Position numbers and translations under genes: made by a program
Notes under the pieces: model-generated
Told to the model about the DNA's origin: nothing
The model's database searches: none
The model's input: the letters and a program-made list of their open reading frames with translations, nothing else
Assembly (NCBI GenBank): GCA_040755995.1
Contig: JBFMAF010000022.1
Coordinates: forward strand, 1 to 51,430
Length of the DNA stretch: 51,430 nt
Reading direction: 5' to 3'
Source: Acidobacteriota bacterium
GTDB lineage: Bacteria; Acidobacteriota; CAIWXX01
In this document: in pieces, positions 50,823 through 51,430 of the stretch
Numbering within the stretch: the first letter of the stretch is position 1
Layout of the letters: each line of letters starts with the position of its first letter

Positions 50823-50903
50823 GCCCTTCAGGGACATCTTTCGAGGGCCACATGAGTGGAATCCAAGTACGGGAGAAGCGAATCTCCACCCAGTCAACGC
50901 CGA

Positions 50904-51430
50904 TCATTTCTTCTTCAGGGCTGACCAGGCATCCAGGGAACCATCTTCAAGGTATCGTGACCAGGTGATGTACCAGGATCCTGTCTGACTCGGGCGTATC
51001 TTCGTGACGAGAACGGTCGCGAGACTCGGCAGTCCGGACGTCGTCCTTTCCAGGAACATCGCCTGGCAGTCGTCTCCTGAGACCAGCGTCCAGACAACTC
51101 TGCGGGAGACGGAGAGATACTGAACCTTGTAGAGGTTCTTGGCGGCGCTCGCCACAAGTCTCAGTGTGCACGATTGAACGCTACCGCTCGGCTGGTAGAC
51201 CGTGCCGGTCCATGTGCCGTTGAGCCAGGCCAGATCGTTCTTCAGATTGGTAGTGTTAAACCAAATCTCGTTGGAACCGTTGGCAAAGGCCGCGATGAAA
51301 AGGTCCATGTCGCCGTCCCCATCGATGTCGCCGAAGGAGCAGTAGGGAAAGTCAATCGGGGGGTCCGGTCGAATCCGGACGCCTTGGTCGACAAACGTCC
51401 CCTTCCCATCATTGAGCCAGACCTGGATCG
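50904..51430 (-). CDS. C-terminal part of an FG-GAP/VCBS-repeat protein
   Basis: IQVWLNDGKGTF...FGDIDGDGDMDLFIA...NEIWFN; the frame is open from the window edge. Confidence 0.8.
   Translation of the reverse strand, partial: IQVWLNDGKGTFVDQGVRIRPDPPIDFPYCSFGDIDGDGDMDLFIAAFANGSNEIWFNTTNLKNDLAWLNGTWTGTVYQPSGSVQSCTLRLVASAAKNLYKVQYLSVSRRVVWTLVSGDDCQAMFLERTTSGLPSLATVLVTKIRPSQTGSWYITWSRYLEDGSLDAWSALKKK

Overview
GC-rich bacterial DNA. The gene repertoire (TPR-secretin-cohesin, PEGA kinase, ECF/kinase pair, GTAG REPs, heptamer microsatellites) resembles Acidobacteriota-like genomes; this is inference. From left to right: (1) a minus-strand surface-appendage operon (PilP-like protein, Big/PKD lipoprotein, two tandem PilZ genes, TPR-secretin-cohesin), divergent from an NtrC-family regulator that lacks GAFTGA and the Walker B glutamate, with two 32-bp palindrome-containing direct repeats between them; (2) an RHH/toxin-antitoxin island at 8.5-12.3 kb; (3) three large exported proteins (SH3-beta-barrel-PKD, 7x FN3-like, M12B protease-BACON-IPT); (4) a decayed paralog of the TA island bounded by 110-bp direct repeats; (5) a housekeeping/envelope block (kinase, rsmI, MFS, GT-C-like, DedA, ATL, GT2, heterodimeric ABC exporter, DUF3187-like), mazEF, a DUF6599/DUF362/polyferredoxin cluster, maeB and yjbQ; (6) an RNA ligase divergent from a C-terminally disrupted Hen1 with no pnkp, a DUF433/DUF5615 TA pair, ECF/kinase remnants and the end of an FG-GAP protein. 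No rRNA, tRNA, CRISPR array, transposase or integrase was recognised. All family assignments come from motif recognition by eye, not database searches.
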